Shown here one piece after another: positions 11,581 to 22,873 of a stretch of 64,000 bases of DNA (positions are counted from its first letter, which is position 1; each line of letters begins with the position of its first letter). A model generated the notes under the pieces. That model was not told where the DNA came from, did not search any database, and worked only from the letters and a program-made list of their open reading frames with translations. Both the position numbers and the translations under genes were made by a program. Origin of the DNA: Histomonas meleagridis 2922-C6/04-290x. Its lineage: Eukaryota > Protista > Parabasalia. The stretch is taken from contig JAANOX010000159.1 in the NCBI GenBank assembly GCA_020184695.1, positions 1 to 64,000 of the forward strand, read 5' to 3'.

Positions 11581-12385
11581 AACTGATGTTCAAAAATGGA
11601 GACTATGGGTAAAAAAGGGTAAATCTAACATATTCATAGATTTATTCAATTGACATTAAAAAAATGGGAAATCCTCAAATCCTTGATGCAGGTGCAAATG
11701 TTTTAGTTAATAGCGAAAATCAGATAAAGGAAATCATAAATCCTTAAGAAAATTTAATTCCAATTCTGCAGGATATATGGAAAAACATAGGTAAGGAAAT
11801 CATTAACAGACTTGTAAATGATTTTATTCGTCGATGTAAATTGGTAATTGACGTTGGTGGTGAAAGTATCAGTCAATATATTTCAAGCCATCGAAATGCT
11901 GTCAGAGATAAAGATAAAGTTGACACAGCTAACATGAGATTTTGGAAGAAGGATCAAGACGAAACTATATAAAAAAGGCACCGAGAATTTGACAATCAAT
12001 GGAAAAAAATTGGATCAGAGATCAATAGAAGTGGAACAGAAACTAAAAACAGGTATCATTTTTCTGCACAGGTCGAAGCGAATGATCATCTTGATTCCCA
12101 TATATAGTTTCCTCCAATCGATGAAAATTTAATCATGGATCCGATCTTCAAAAATTGGCAACCAACATGGACATTGTAACAGAGGCCTATGATTTAGATA
12201 TTTGTATGATTGATGTTGTATTTTAGCCCGATTTGCTGAAAAAGAATGACCATTGTTCAAAAACGGAGACTATTTTTGAATGGTTTACAAAATCATTCCA
12301 ATATATGAGCCCGTTACTTCCTTTTGAATTTACATAGAAAAAGTGACTTTATTACAAAAGTAGTCTCCATTTTTGAACATCAGTT
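11581..12385 (+). mobile_element. Internally deleted Tc1/IS630-like element (~805 bp) retaining the transposase C-terminus and a Myb-like repeat
   Basis: Perfect 28-bp inverted repeat 11578-11605 / 12361-12388 including flanking TA. Frame 11763-12107 reads ILQDIWKNIGKEIINRLVNDFIRRCKLVIDVGGESI... then FWKKDQDETI*KRHREFDNQWKKIGSEINRSGTETKNRYHF. Confidence 0.8.
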
Positions 12386-13011
12386 TATTTGCTTATGTGA
12401 TAATTATATGATTTTTTTATTTTGCTATTTAAGTTCACTAAAACCAATATGATGATATTATATCTTATACCTAATTACATATAATTAATCTTTCAATTTA
12501 TTAATATATACATTAATATATATACATTTATTGATGAATAACTATAATAAAATTTTTGAATATACAAAATGATTTATGTAATTGAATTTTTGTATTCAAT
12601 TTTGATCAATGCAAAACGACAATTATCGTATTCAATTTTTTGATTTAATTTTATATGTCACAAAACGGCACTTATTTTATTCAATTTTATTAATTTAATT
12701 TCACTTGGCGTAAAGAGTCACTAATCGAAAAAAAAATTAAAAATTTGAAAGCATAAACTATACAATAATTCAATGGAAATTACCGTTATGCCTTGGAAAT
12801 AGGATTATACCATTTTTTATATTCTGGATAACGGTCGTTATAAATTTTTTTTTAAGTGTATATATGAAAAAGTGATCACAAATTTTCTGAAGGGATATAT
12901 CTATCGTACACTAATCATAAAAGTGACGCTGATGTAAACCAAATTCAGGTGATTTGAATTAATTTGTCACTTTTTATCTGCTGCCAAAAAGAATTTGAAA
13001 TTATTTTATTG

Positions 13012-14866
13012 ATGGAACTCTCGAAATCATTAGAATCAATTGTCTTTAATCTCAACGAAAAAAATTTCGAAACATCAGTTCAAGCAACAATTAATTTATT
13101 TGTAGATAGGCTGCCATATACATTTAACTATCTTGTTTCCAGACTTATCTATTCAGCTTTTGTTTCACAATCAAATAATGAAAATATATATATTAAATAT
13201 TTATTAACGTTGAAAGAAAAAGAAGATGAAAAAGATAAAAACAAAAGTAAAACTGAAGCTAATCTTGTCCAAATCTTTTGTAAATATTTTAATGGGAATA
13301 GAAAAACAAGAATCATATTTCCTTCTTGAAAAGATGATCGAAGAAGAAATAATTGAACCATCTTCAGTAAAGAACATGAACACATTATATTTTTCTCAAT
13401 ATAATACAAAGGAAGAAATAAATGATTTGAAGAACAAATTTCCAAAACCACAATTCCTTGAAGAATTTATTTCAGCACTTGATGAATTATCAAAAGATGA
13501 CTGGAAACTTCATATGCAATATGTAAAAGAAGGAGTTAATCCATTAGAAATTGCGAAAGTACTACGAAATGATGATTTAGAAAAGCTTCAAGAAATATCA
13601 TCACATAATGAATTTGACTTTAATCAAATAATTAAGCCATCACTTTATGAAAGATGTTCGTTTGTTAATACTGAAAATGTTTCATTAATTGATTATTGTG
13701 CATTTTTTGGCTCCATTAAATGTTTTAAATATATATTATTAAATAATTCTAATATTAAAAACACATTAAAATATGCAATTGCAGGTGGAAACTTAGAAAT
13801 TATTCATTTATGTGAACAAAACAATTCATCATTTACAGAAGCATATGAAACAGCGATAGGATTTCATCGAAATAAAATTTTTCGTTACCTTTATGAAAAT
13901 AAAATTGGAAAAATTTCTAATGACAGAAAAAATTTATTTTCAATGTTTTCTTTTCCAAAATCGAATTCCAATATCGAAAGTCAAGATAATTGTAATTTAA
14001 GTGAAGAAAATTTAATATATCTTGGAAAAAAATGTATAGAATTTAATAATTATGAAATCTTCATGTTTTTAGAAAAAGAAGGAATGAAAATGAATAATGA
14101 AATTATAGAAGAAATAGCATCAAAAGGAAATACATTCATAATAGAAAGTGATATACGAAGTCAACAAATTCCAAATACAATTTTACCATATTCAGTTAAA
14201 TCAGGAAATATAGAAATAGTAAAATTACTTTTAGATAAAGAAGGAATTGATGTTAATGCAAAAACTATTTATTTGAATAATTTGGAATATGTTTTAATAA
14301 TTTTGGATATGTTTTAATAATTTGAAACAGCTCTTCATATAGCAGTTAGAAATAATAATATAGAAATAGTAAAATTACTTTTAGAGAAAGGAATTGATGT
14401 TAATGCAAAATATATTCATTTGAATAATTTAGAATATGTTTTAATAATTTGAAATATGTTTTAATCATTGGAAACAGCACTTCATATAGCAGTTAGAAAT
14501 AATAATATAGAAATAGTAAAATTACTTTTAGATAAAGAAGGAATTGATGTTAATGCAAAATATATTCATTTGAATAATTTAGAATATGTTTTAATAATTC
14601 GGAATATGTTTTAATAATTTGGAATATGTTTTAATCATTTGAAACAGCTCTTCATATAGCAGTTAGAAAATAATATAGAAATAGTAAAATTACTTTTAGA
14701 TAAAGAAGGAATTGATGTTAATGCAAAATATATTCATTTGAATAATTTAGAATATGTTTTAATAATTCGGAATATGTTTTAATAATTTGAAACAGCTATT
14801 GAAATTGCTAAACGGTTGGGTTTCGGAGAAATAAAACAAATACTTCGTGAAAGAGGTGCCATTTAA
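13012..14866 (+). CDS. DUF3447-ankyrin protein, locus 3, with 4 spacers (60, 60, 80, 60); two frameshifts (~13295 and in cassette 14644-14731) mean pseudogene or assembly error
   Basis: MELSKSLESIVFNL... joins ORF 13226-14317 across a 1-nt shift. Cassettes read TALHIAVRNNNIEIVKLLL(D/E)K(E)GIDVNAKY; terminal cassette TAIEIAKRLGFGEIKQILRERGAI*. Confidence 0.7.
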
Positions 14867-16689
14867 TTTAGACTATGGTAAGTGTTCTACTAATTTTTTG
14901 ATAAATCCCACGATTAAACATAATATTTAAAAAATGAACACTTTCATAAAGTAACGGTTTAATTGCTTGACTTAAGGGTCGCTTCGCGCTGGCCATTTTT
15001 TTCCTATATCATGTCAAACGGCGAACTCCCTCAAATGCTAAAATGATTCTTTTTTTTATTTTTATTTTTATTTTATTAATTTTTTTTTCTTTTTTCTTTT
15101 TTTCTTCTTTCTTATCTTGCTTTTTTTCTTTCCTAATTTTTTATATTCCCCTATTTCTTTTACATAAATATTTTTTTTGTTAAATTTTATAATTATAATT
15201 TAATAATAGTTCATAAATTAGATATTTTGAATATTTTATGATTTCCTTAAAAATCATTCCTCTTTTCTAATAATACAAATCAGAAGTATTCTAATTATTA
15301 CAGTTTAATAATTATCTCTTTCTATATATTATCTCTCACAGAACTTAACAAAATTAAAAGCATAGTACCAATTTTAATAAATAATACATTTTATGTAGCA
15401 CAACTATTATGTTCCCAGCTCTTCCTCTCTGTTCAACCATAAGGAAAGTGCTTTCAAAAAATCAATTCTTTCATGACCAATAAAACAAAATCTGCAGCTA
15501 TTTAATATAAACAACTCGAAAAACTAATTTTAGATTTATTGATTACTTTCATGAAATTTTTATTCAAATTACCATTTGAAATAACAGCTGAGTTTTTCCT
15601 TGACTGGAAATCAGTTGCAATGTTCTTGCTTCCAATAACTTTTTTCACCATTTGATATAATTCTAATTTTTGTATATCCGCATCGAAATGTTATTTGCTC
15701 AGTTTCCGATATCTTAAAGTATGTTTTAATCTCTTCAGTATTTGGAGAGTAAATAACAACGAAATGATCAAAGATACCAACAGGACTTAAATTAGGACCT
15801 ATAAGTAAAAGTAAAAGTTCATCCTAAAGCGGAATTTCGCGGTGATATGTTTGGAATTAAATATTGCGCTTGTGATTCAAATTCACAAAATGACAATATT
15901 CAACCCATATGAAAGAATTTAGCATGTCATGAAACATTAATGGACTTCTCTCTAATTATTTCTTTGCGTGTTTGTTCAAGTGAATAGGCTGAACTTTCAA
16001 TCAGATTTACAACTTGTTTTTTGTTTTTGCCCTTGATACCTTTGTTGTTAGGTAGGGCTGTTTCTTCGGGCGCTGGAGTCTTTTTAAGTTGTGAATTGAA
16101 AGATGGCAAGTTTACTATTGTAGATATTGTTCAAACGAAACTTTAACCATCTTTAACAATTTGCCCTCATGCGTTAGTTAAAGCACTTCTTATGTCACGA
16201 CGTAAATGTCGTTTTTCATCTTCAGATCGATGAATTATTCACTTAACACTTTCATAAACGGCCTCCAAGTAGCTGCTATAAAAGTGACAACGATAGAAAC
16301 GGGGTGCACCGTTAACTTTGTGAATGAAAAGAAAGAAATCAATTGAGAAAAGTCATCATCAATGTTATTACCAGAATGAATGAATTTGATACCTATATAA
16401 TTTTTCTTAATGAAATTGAAATATTAGAAAACAATAAAAAAAAAAATATTCAGATATTTTTGATAAATTTTCCAATTTTCTTATGAACAAAAGCACACAA
16501 GAATCATAAGGTTTATTAAAACATTTCCAAATTCCAATTATTTAATATTCAAATTAAAATATGAACTCAACAAAGTGATGGATATAACAAGAAACTCAAA
16601 AAATTATTTTTATTATTAATATTATAATATAAGACGAATATTATTCTGTGATTGTTGTTGTGTTTGCCCAATCAGGGAATTCATTAGCA

Positions 16690-17222
16690 TTAAAAATAGG
16701 AGGGATTAAAAATAATTGAAGCTCCAATAACGACGAACAAACTAATGATATTAATAATTGAACCATATATTAAGAAGTCTTTCATTTTTAATTTGCCGGA
16801 ACCGTAACAAATTAAATTTGGAGGAGTTGCGACAGGCATTATGAAACAACACGAAGTTGCGAAAGCTGTTGGAATCATTAAAAGATAAGGATGAAATTTT
16901 TTACCATTTTTAGCTAAATTAGCTACAATTGGTAAAAATATATTTGCACATGCAGTATTTGATGCGATATTCGATAAAATTGAAGCCACGAAACAAATAC
17001 AAATTAATAAAAACAAATAAAGATAAATCCGTTAAAGAACGTAATTGATTTCCAAGCCATTCACCAAGTAAAGAATCAGTAAAACCTTGATTTAAAGCAA
17101 AACCTCCAGAAAACATAAAAATGATTGTCCAAGGAATTTTTTGTTGAACATATTCCCATTCAAGAATTGGAATCCATTCTTTATTATCATTATTAATAAT
17201 TTCATCTTCATTTTGATTTTCT

Positions 17223-17253
<31 letters not shown>

Positions 17254-18431
17254 CATCATCAAATTCTGATATTTCTTCAATTAATTCTTGATCTTCTGAA
17301 TTATATTCATTTTCTTCTAATATTTCTTGTTTAATCTTTTTATTTTCTTGTGTTATTTGTTCTAATGATAAATTAACTTCAGATTCTTTAAGTTTTTCTT
17401 CTTGTTTTTGAGAAATTTGTGGAACTTTAATAATAAATAATAATATCGATATACAAATAGCTATAGTTCCATCATTAATAATTTTCGAACCATTTGAACC
17501 TAATATTAAAGTCGTCCAACCTTTAATAGTAAAAGAACCGAAATTTAAATCACATCGAAATAACCATAAAATTGCTAATAATATAAATAATAAACCAATA
17601 ATAATTTCAGCAGGTTTCATTTTCCCTAATTTTTGATAATTATCTTTAAAACAACTTTCATCTACATTTTCATTAATTTTTAATTTCCTCATAAATATAA
17701 AAGCAAATATTAAATAAATTATAATTAATATGATGATTGATGTTGGTAAAGCTAAAAATAAAAATTGAGCAAATCCAATTCCAGGTGATTCAGGAAATAT
17801 ATTCGTAACTGTTTGTGAACAAATTAAATTTGGTGGCGTCCCAATTAAAGTCGCCATCCCTCCAATAGAAGAAGAAAATGCAATCGTTAAAAATAATGTT
17901 TTCGAAAATGGTTCAATTAATTTTGAATCTCCTGTAATTTCTTCTAATTTAGTAACAATAGCTAACGCATTTGGAACCATAGTTAAAGCTGTCGCCGTAT
18001 TTGATATCCACATAGATAAAAAAGATGTAACTATCATAATACCTAATAATAAAATTCTTGGTTTTAAACCAAAAATTAAAACTGTTTTTAATGATATCCT
18101 TGAATGTAAATTCCATTTAACCATCGCAATAGAAAAGATAAAACCTCCTAAAAATACTAAAGAAGTATCAGAAAACATTGAAGATGCAATATTTGAAGCT
18201 GAAGAAATTCCAAACATTGGGATTAAAAATATTGGGAAGAATGCTGTAATTACAATAGGAATAGGTTCTAATATCCAATATAAAGCAGTAATAATCGTAA
18301 TTCCTAAACATCTTGAAGTATTTGAGTTTGCTTTATCTAACACAATGAAATTAAATATGAAAGGGAAAGCAATGATAATAGGCAAAAGAAATTTCACCCA
18401 CCAGATAATACTTTTTGGTTTCTGGTTTCAT
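16690..18431 (-). CDS. SLC13/DASS sodium:sulfate/dicarboxylate symporter with two 1-nt frameshifts in T/A runs
   Basis: Motifs WILEPIPIVITA, FLGGFIFSIAMVKWNL, SMWISNTATA, SSIGGMATLIGTPPNL, SNTACANIFLPI, FIMPVATPPN. Shifts near 18412 and ~17020. Confidence 0.85.
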
Positions 18432-18671
18432 CTTTTTATTTGTTGATAAATTTTTTTTTGAAATACCAAAAATGTCCGACCTAACCTACTCAAAATAATT
18501 CTCTCAAATTTGAACGTAAACAATTTTCACAATTCATTTTAACCGTTCACTTTGCTTAAAAACTTCAATATTTTTAAAGACATTCCGGTGGTTTTCATCG
18601 TTTTTCGCTGCTTCATCAAAATGACAGAAGAGAAAAACAACAACAACAACAAAAAAAAAAATCAAAATCAT

Positions 18672-19197
18672 ATGAATCAAAAAAATTATAAATTTTCTTA
18701 TTTTTATTGATGAAAAAGAAGATAAAATTTTAAAAGATTTGATTCAAATTCATGGGAAACAATGGAATTTAATTTCTCAACATCTTAAAACTCGAACACC
18801 TTCACAAATCGCAGCACGTTGGGAAAAATGTTTAAATCCGATGATTATTAAAGGACCTTTTACGAAAGAAGAAGATGAAATTATAAAAAATTATGTAAAC
18901 AAAAATGGGCCACGAAGTTGGCCTCAAATTACATCACTGTTACCAAATCGAAGTTCGAAACAATGTCGTGAACGTTGGTTAAATCATTTAGATCCAAATG
19001 TTATTAAAAGTCCTTGGACACAAGAAGAAGATAATTTCATCTTTGAACAATATAAAAAGTTTGGAAGTAAATGGTCAAATATTGCCAAATTATTACCTGG
19101 ACGAACTGATAATGCAATTAAAAACAGATGGAATTCTTCAATATCAAAAAGAATTTCGATTAATATTAATGGAAATGAAATTATTTTTACCAGATAA
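18672..19197 (+). CDS. Myb-like DNA-binding protein with three repeats (ends uncertain, probable frameshifts)
   Basis: EKEDKIL...QWNLIS...RTPSQIAARW; GPFTKEED...SWPQI...RSSKQCRERW; SPWTQEED...KWSNIA...GRTDNAIKNRW. Confidence 0.85.
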
Positions 19198-19881
19198 AAC
19201 AAAAACGTAATTACAAAAAAATAAAAATAATAATAATAATAAAACAAATGAAAATTTAAATTTAAATATGATTTCATTTAAACCTTTTGCACTTCAAAAT
19301 AATTTAAAATCAAATCCCGCAATGGAAAAACCAACAATTATATTAAATATAAATTCTCCAAATAATATTTCATCACAACAAACAGAAACAAAATAACTTT
19401 TACTTGATAATCAAATTCATTATTTTAAATTGTTTAATTCTTTATTTGTTCTTTTTATTAGTTAAATACCAAAAAATGTTTTTGATAAAAATATTAAGTT
19501 GGACTTAAATAATTTAAAATTTCAAATGCAGAAACAAATTGCATTAGATTGATTAATTAATTAAAAAAAGTAGGATTGTACATATTAAATTAAACCATTT
19601 TCCATATTTTAGAACATTTTGTTTTAATTGTGGATGTTGAAATTGAGATTAAATAACCTTTAATAATTAATTAATAAATATCAAATCCATTAATATATCA
19701 TCGAAAGATACTTATAGCTTATGAGTGATCATTTTTCTAAATTGGACAGAAAATGCTTCTTGCGCTATAAAAATTAACTTATTAAAAATTGAATGCTTTT
19801 CCATCCTCCAAAAGTCCATTTCACATGACATTTACATCAAATTTATAAGAAAAAGTGGGCAAACCGTCTGCTTCACTTGCA

Positions 19882-20964
19882 ATGGCTTATTCCCTTGATT
19901 TCTGCGATGCACCAATCTCATGCCATGCCTGGAACAAGGATGGAACAATGGTTGCTCTTTGCCCAAACACTTCTGACCTTTTAATTTATAAGGTTAATGG
20001 AAAGACAACAGAACTCGTTTATACTCTCAAAGAACATACTCAACTAATCAGCAGCTGCGACTGGAATCCAGTTGACGACTCAATTGTTACATGCTCTCAT
20101 GATCGTAATGCTTATGTTTGGAAGCTTTCCGATGATAAGAAAGAATGGAAGAAACAATTGGTTCTTTTGAAGTTAGATAGAGCTGCAACATTCGTTAGAT
20201 GGTCACCAGATGGTACAAAGTTTGTCTGTGCCACAGGATCCAAGAAATTACGTGTTTGCCAATACGATGCAGCACAAAATTGGTGGCAATCAAGAACATA
20301 TGATCACAAGCACCCAACATCACTCACAGTTGACTTCATGCCAGATGGTGAACATGTTATTTGCTCTTGCACTGATCGTCATATGACATATTTCACAACT
20401 GATGACAAAGAAGCTAAGAAGGCAAGCGGCGGCGGAAAGAAATTAGAGTATGCACTTCAAACTTACTCATGCCAAGGATGGTGCAACGCAACAGCAAGAT
20501 CTCCAGATGGTGAATGGATTGCTTTTACTTCACAAGATTCATACATTAGATTCGTCAAAGCCAGCGAAATCGACCAAAAAGATGCTCCTGTTAGACAACA
20601 CAATATCAATGGTCTTCCATTACTTTCACTTTGCTTCATCAGCAACACAGCTTTAGTTGGCGGTGGCTTCGATTGCGCTCCACGTCTTTTCGTTTTGGAA
20701 GGAGATGATTGGACCGATCTTGGATTAATTGATATCCCAGAAATCCGTGAAAAGGCATCTGGTGCTGCATCAAGTGGATTTGCATCAAAGGCTGCTGCTT
20801 TCGGTGGAAAGGCTGTAACTAAAAGCGAAGGAATTCATAACAACATAATTCTTGGAATCCGCGTTGTTAAAGATCAGTTCACAACATGTTCAAATGACGG
20901 TAAGCTTGGTATCTGGCCATTTGCAGCACTCAAGAACCACTTCAAAGGCAAGAATCTCTTCTGA
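19882..20964 (+). CDS. ARPC1: Arp2/3 complex 41-kDa WD40 subunit
   Basis: APISCHAWNKDG, IVTCSHDRNAYVW, LVLLKLDRAATFVRWSPDG, GLPLLSL, GGFDCAP. TCACT Inr-like motif just upstream of the ATG. Confidence 0.93.
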   Translation: MAYSLDFCDAPISCHAWNKDGTMVALCPNTSDLLIYKVNGKTTELVYTLKEHTQLISSCDWNPVDDSIVTCSHDRNAYVWKLSDDKKEWKKQLVLLKLDRAATFVRWSPDGTKFVCATGSKKLRVCQYDAAQNWWQSRTYDHKHPTSLTVDFMPDGEHVICSCTDRHMTYFTTDDKEAKKASGGGKKLEYALQTYSCQGWCNATARSPDGEWIAFTSQDSYIRFVKASEIDQKDAPVRQHNINGLPLLSLCFISNTALVGGGFDCAPRLFVLEGDDWTDLGLIDIPEIREKASGAASSGFASKAAAFGGKAVTKSEGIHNNIILGIRVVKDQFTTCSNDGKLGIWPFAALKNHFKGKNLF

Positions 20965-21239
20965 GTAAATGATATCATCAGAACAAACCTTGTGAAATAT
21001 TTTGTTAGTATTTTTGAATGGAAATTCATCGTCAAATTTAACCACACTTGTTTTTGTAAACATAAAAATGTTATTCAGTTATATGGTATTGATTTGGTAA
21101 TATTCTTATTCCAAACATACGATGGTAGGTAAGTTGTTGTTTGAACATAATGAAAAAAAGATTCTTTGAATTCAATAATCGATTTTTTATTGAGATGCAA
21201 CTCTTTTTTTTAATGAAATCTCCTCGCAAATAACGTTTG

Positions 21240-22770
21240 TTAATTTTTATCAAGTTTCTTTTTAATTAAATCAATTATTTCTGTGTGGCCTTTCTCTGAT
21301 GCATAGGTAAGTGCTGTTTTAAATAACATAAATAATTTGCGAGTATTGTTTTGAATTTCTAAAATATTAAAATAAAATTTAAATAAAACAAATAAATATT
21401 TTTAGCATTAATATCAATTCCTTCTTGTTCAAGAAGCAATTTAACTATTTCTGTATAACCTTTTTCAGCTGCTATCATAAGTGCTGTTTGAAATAATTTA
21501 AATAATTTCCAAATATTATTTTGAAATAAAAATTTAATTTTTAAATAAACTTGAAGTAAAATAAATAAATATCATTAGCATTAATATCAATTCCTTTTTG
21601 ATCTAAAATATATTTAACAAGTTCAATATTTTGAACCTTTAGTGAAAATAATAAAATATTTTTCGGAATTGGATTTTCTTTAAGAAAATATTTAACAAGA
21701 TAAAGATTTCCAAGTTCTGCTGCTTTATTAATAATATATTCATTAATTTTTAATCCGTTATCTAATAAAAACGCAAAAATTTCAAAATTCCAAACACAAA
21801 TGCATATCAATGCCAAATCCTCTAATCGATCCATTTCCACGATATTATTATCATGAAGATAATGAAAGATCTCATTTCGATGGAGTAACACTGCTGTTTC
21901 ATATGCATAATCAAATGATGCATGATTTTGTACACATAAATGAATTATTTCTAAGTTTCCACCTGCAACCGAATATTTACCTATGTTTTCTAATTTTGCA
22001 TTATTCATAAGTAAATATTTAAAACATTTAACTGCAGAAAAAAATGCTGCATAATCAATTAATGAAACATCTTCTAGATTAACAAAAAAACATCTTTCAT
22101 AAATTGATGGTTCAATCTTTTGATTAAAATCAAAATTTGCTTGTGATGATATTTCTTGAAGTTTTTCGATTTCATCATTACGAATTATTTTAGCAATTTC
22201 ACTTGGGTTATGCCCTTCTTTAATATATTGTTTATGAAGTTCCCAATCATTCTTCGAAAGTGCTTCATAGTTATTAAATATTTGTTGAAAATCACATTTG
22301 TTCTTTTGCTTTTCAATTTCTTCTTTGGTCATATAATGTACAAAAAAAGGATTTGAACTGTTTTCCAATATTTTTGGATCAAGAATATTTCTTTCAATCA
22401 TTTTTAGAAAAAGATAATTTGAATCTTGGGTTTCATTACGAAAAAATTCATAAAAAACTTCAGAAATTTTTGGTTTGATCTTTTTAGTTTCTTGAAATGT
22501 ATCAATTTCTTTCATAAAATCAAACCATATATCAAAATCATTAATTGAAACACTGCTGTAAAAATAGATAAATTGAGTTATTACTTGGTTAAAAGAATAT
22601 GGATAATTGTAATCAAACATGGCAATAATTGATTGTAATGATTGCGAAAAGTTATCTTTATTTAACCCAAATATAATGCGTTGAATTGATTCAATAAGTT
22701 CGAATTCATTTAGTTTTGGCTTTGTGTTTTCATTAGAATTGCTTGGGTTTGTTGTTACAGTAATTTCCAT
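21240..22770 (-). CDS. DUF3447-ankyrin protein, locus 4, with 2 spacers (21488-21570, 83 nt; 21318-21397, 80 nt)
   Basis: ORF 21541-22821 has DUF3447. Cassette TALMIAAEKGYTEIVKLLLEQEGIDINAKN at 21398-21487; terminal TALTYASEKGHTEIIDLIKKKLDKN*. Confidence 0.8.
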
Positions 22771-22873
22771 GAAAATGTGAAAGAACGTTAATTTCATACA
22801 AATTTTGTTGTGAAAACGCATTCACTTTTTAAATGCATATATGGACATTTGAAAATTTTTGCTGTTTTTTCCC

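Larger units (their letters stand above)
10231..12795. mobile_element. Possible old hAT-like element relic
   Basis: cagggcataacggt (10231-10244) vs accgttatgccttg (12782-12795): 13/14 inverted match. Subterminal cccgcc repeats at ~10275-10316. No matching 8-bp TSD found. Confidence 0.3.

Noticed and set aside
14267-14326. Removal by ciliate-IES-like TA excision or by recombination between the ATTTGAA direct repeats
   Set aside because: Either deletion leaves 11 nt (att tat ttg aa|aca), which is still out of frame.
15400-16380. Possible decayed Mutator-like transposase (KNIATDFQS on the minus strand)
   Set aside because: Only one short motif, many stops, and no TIR or TSD found.
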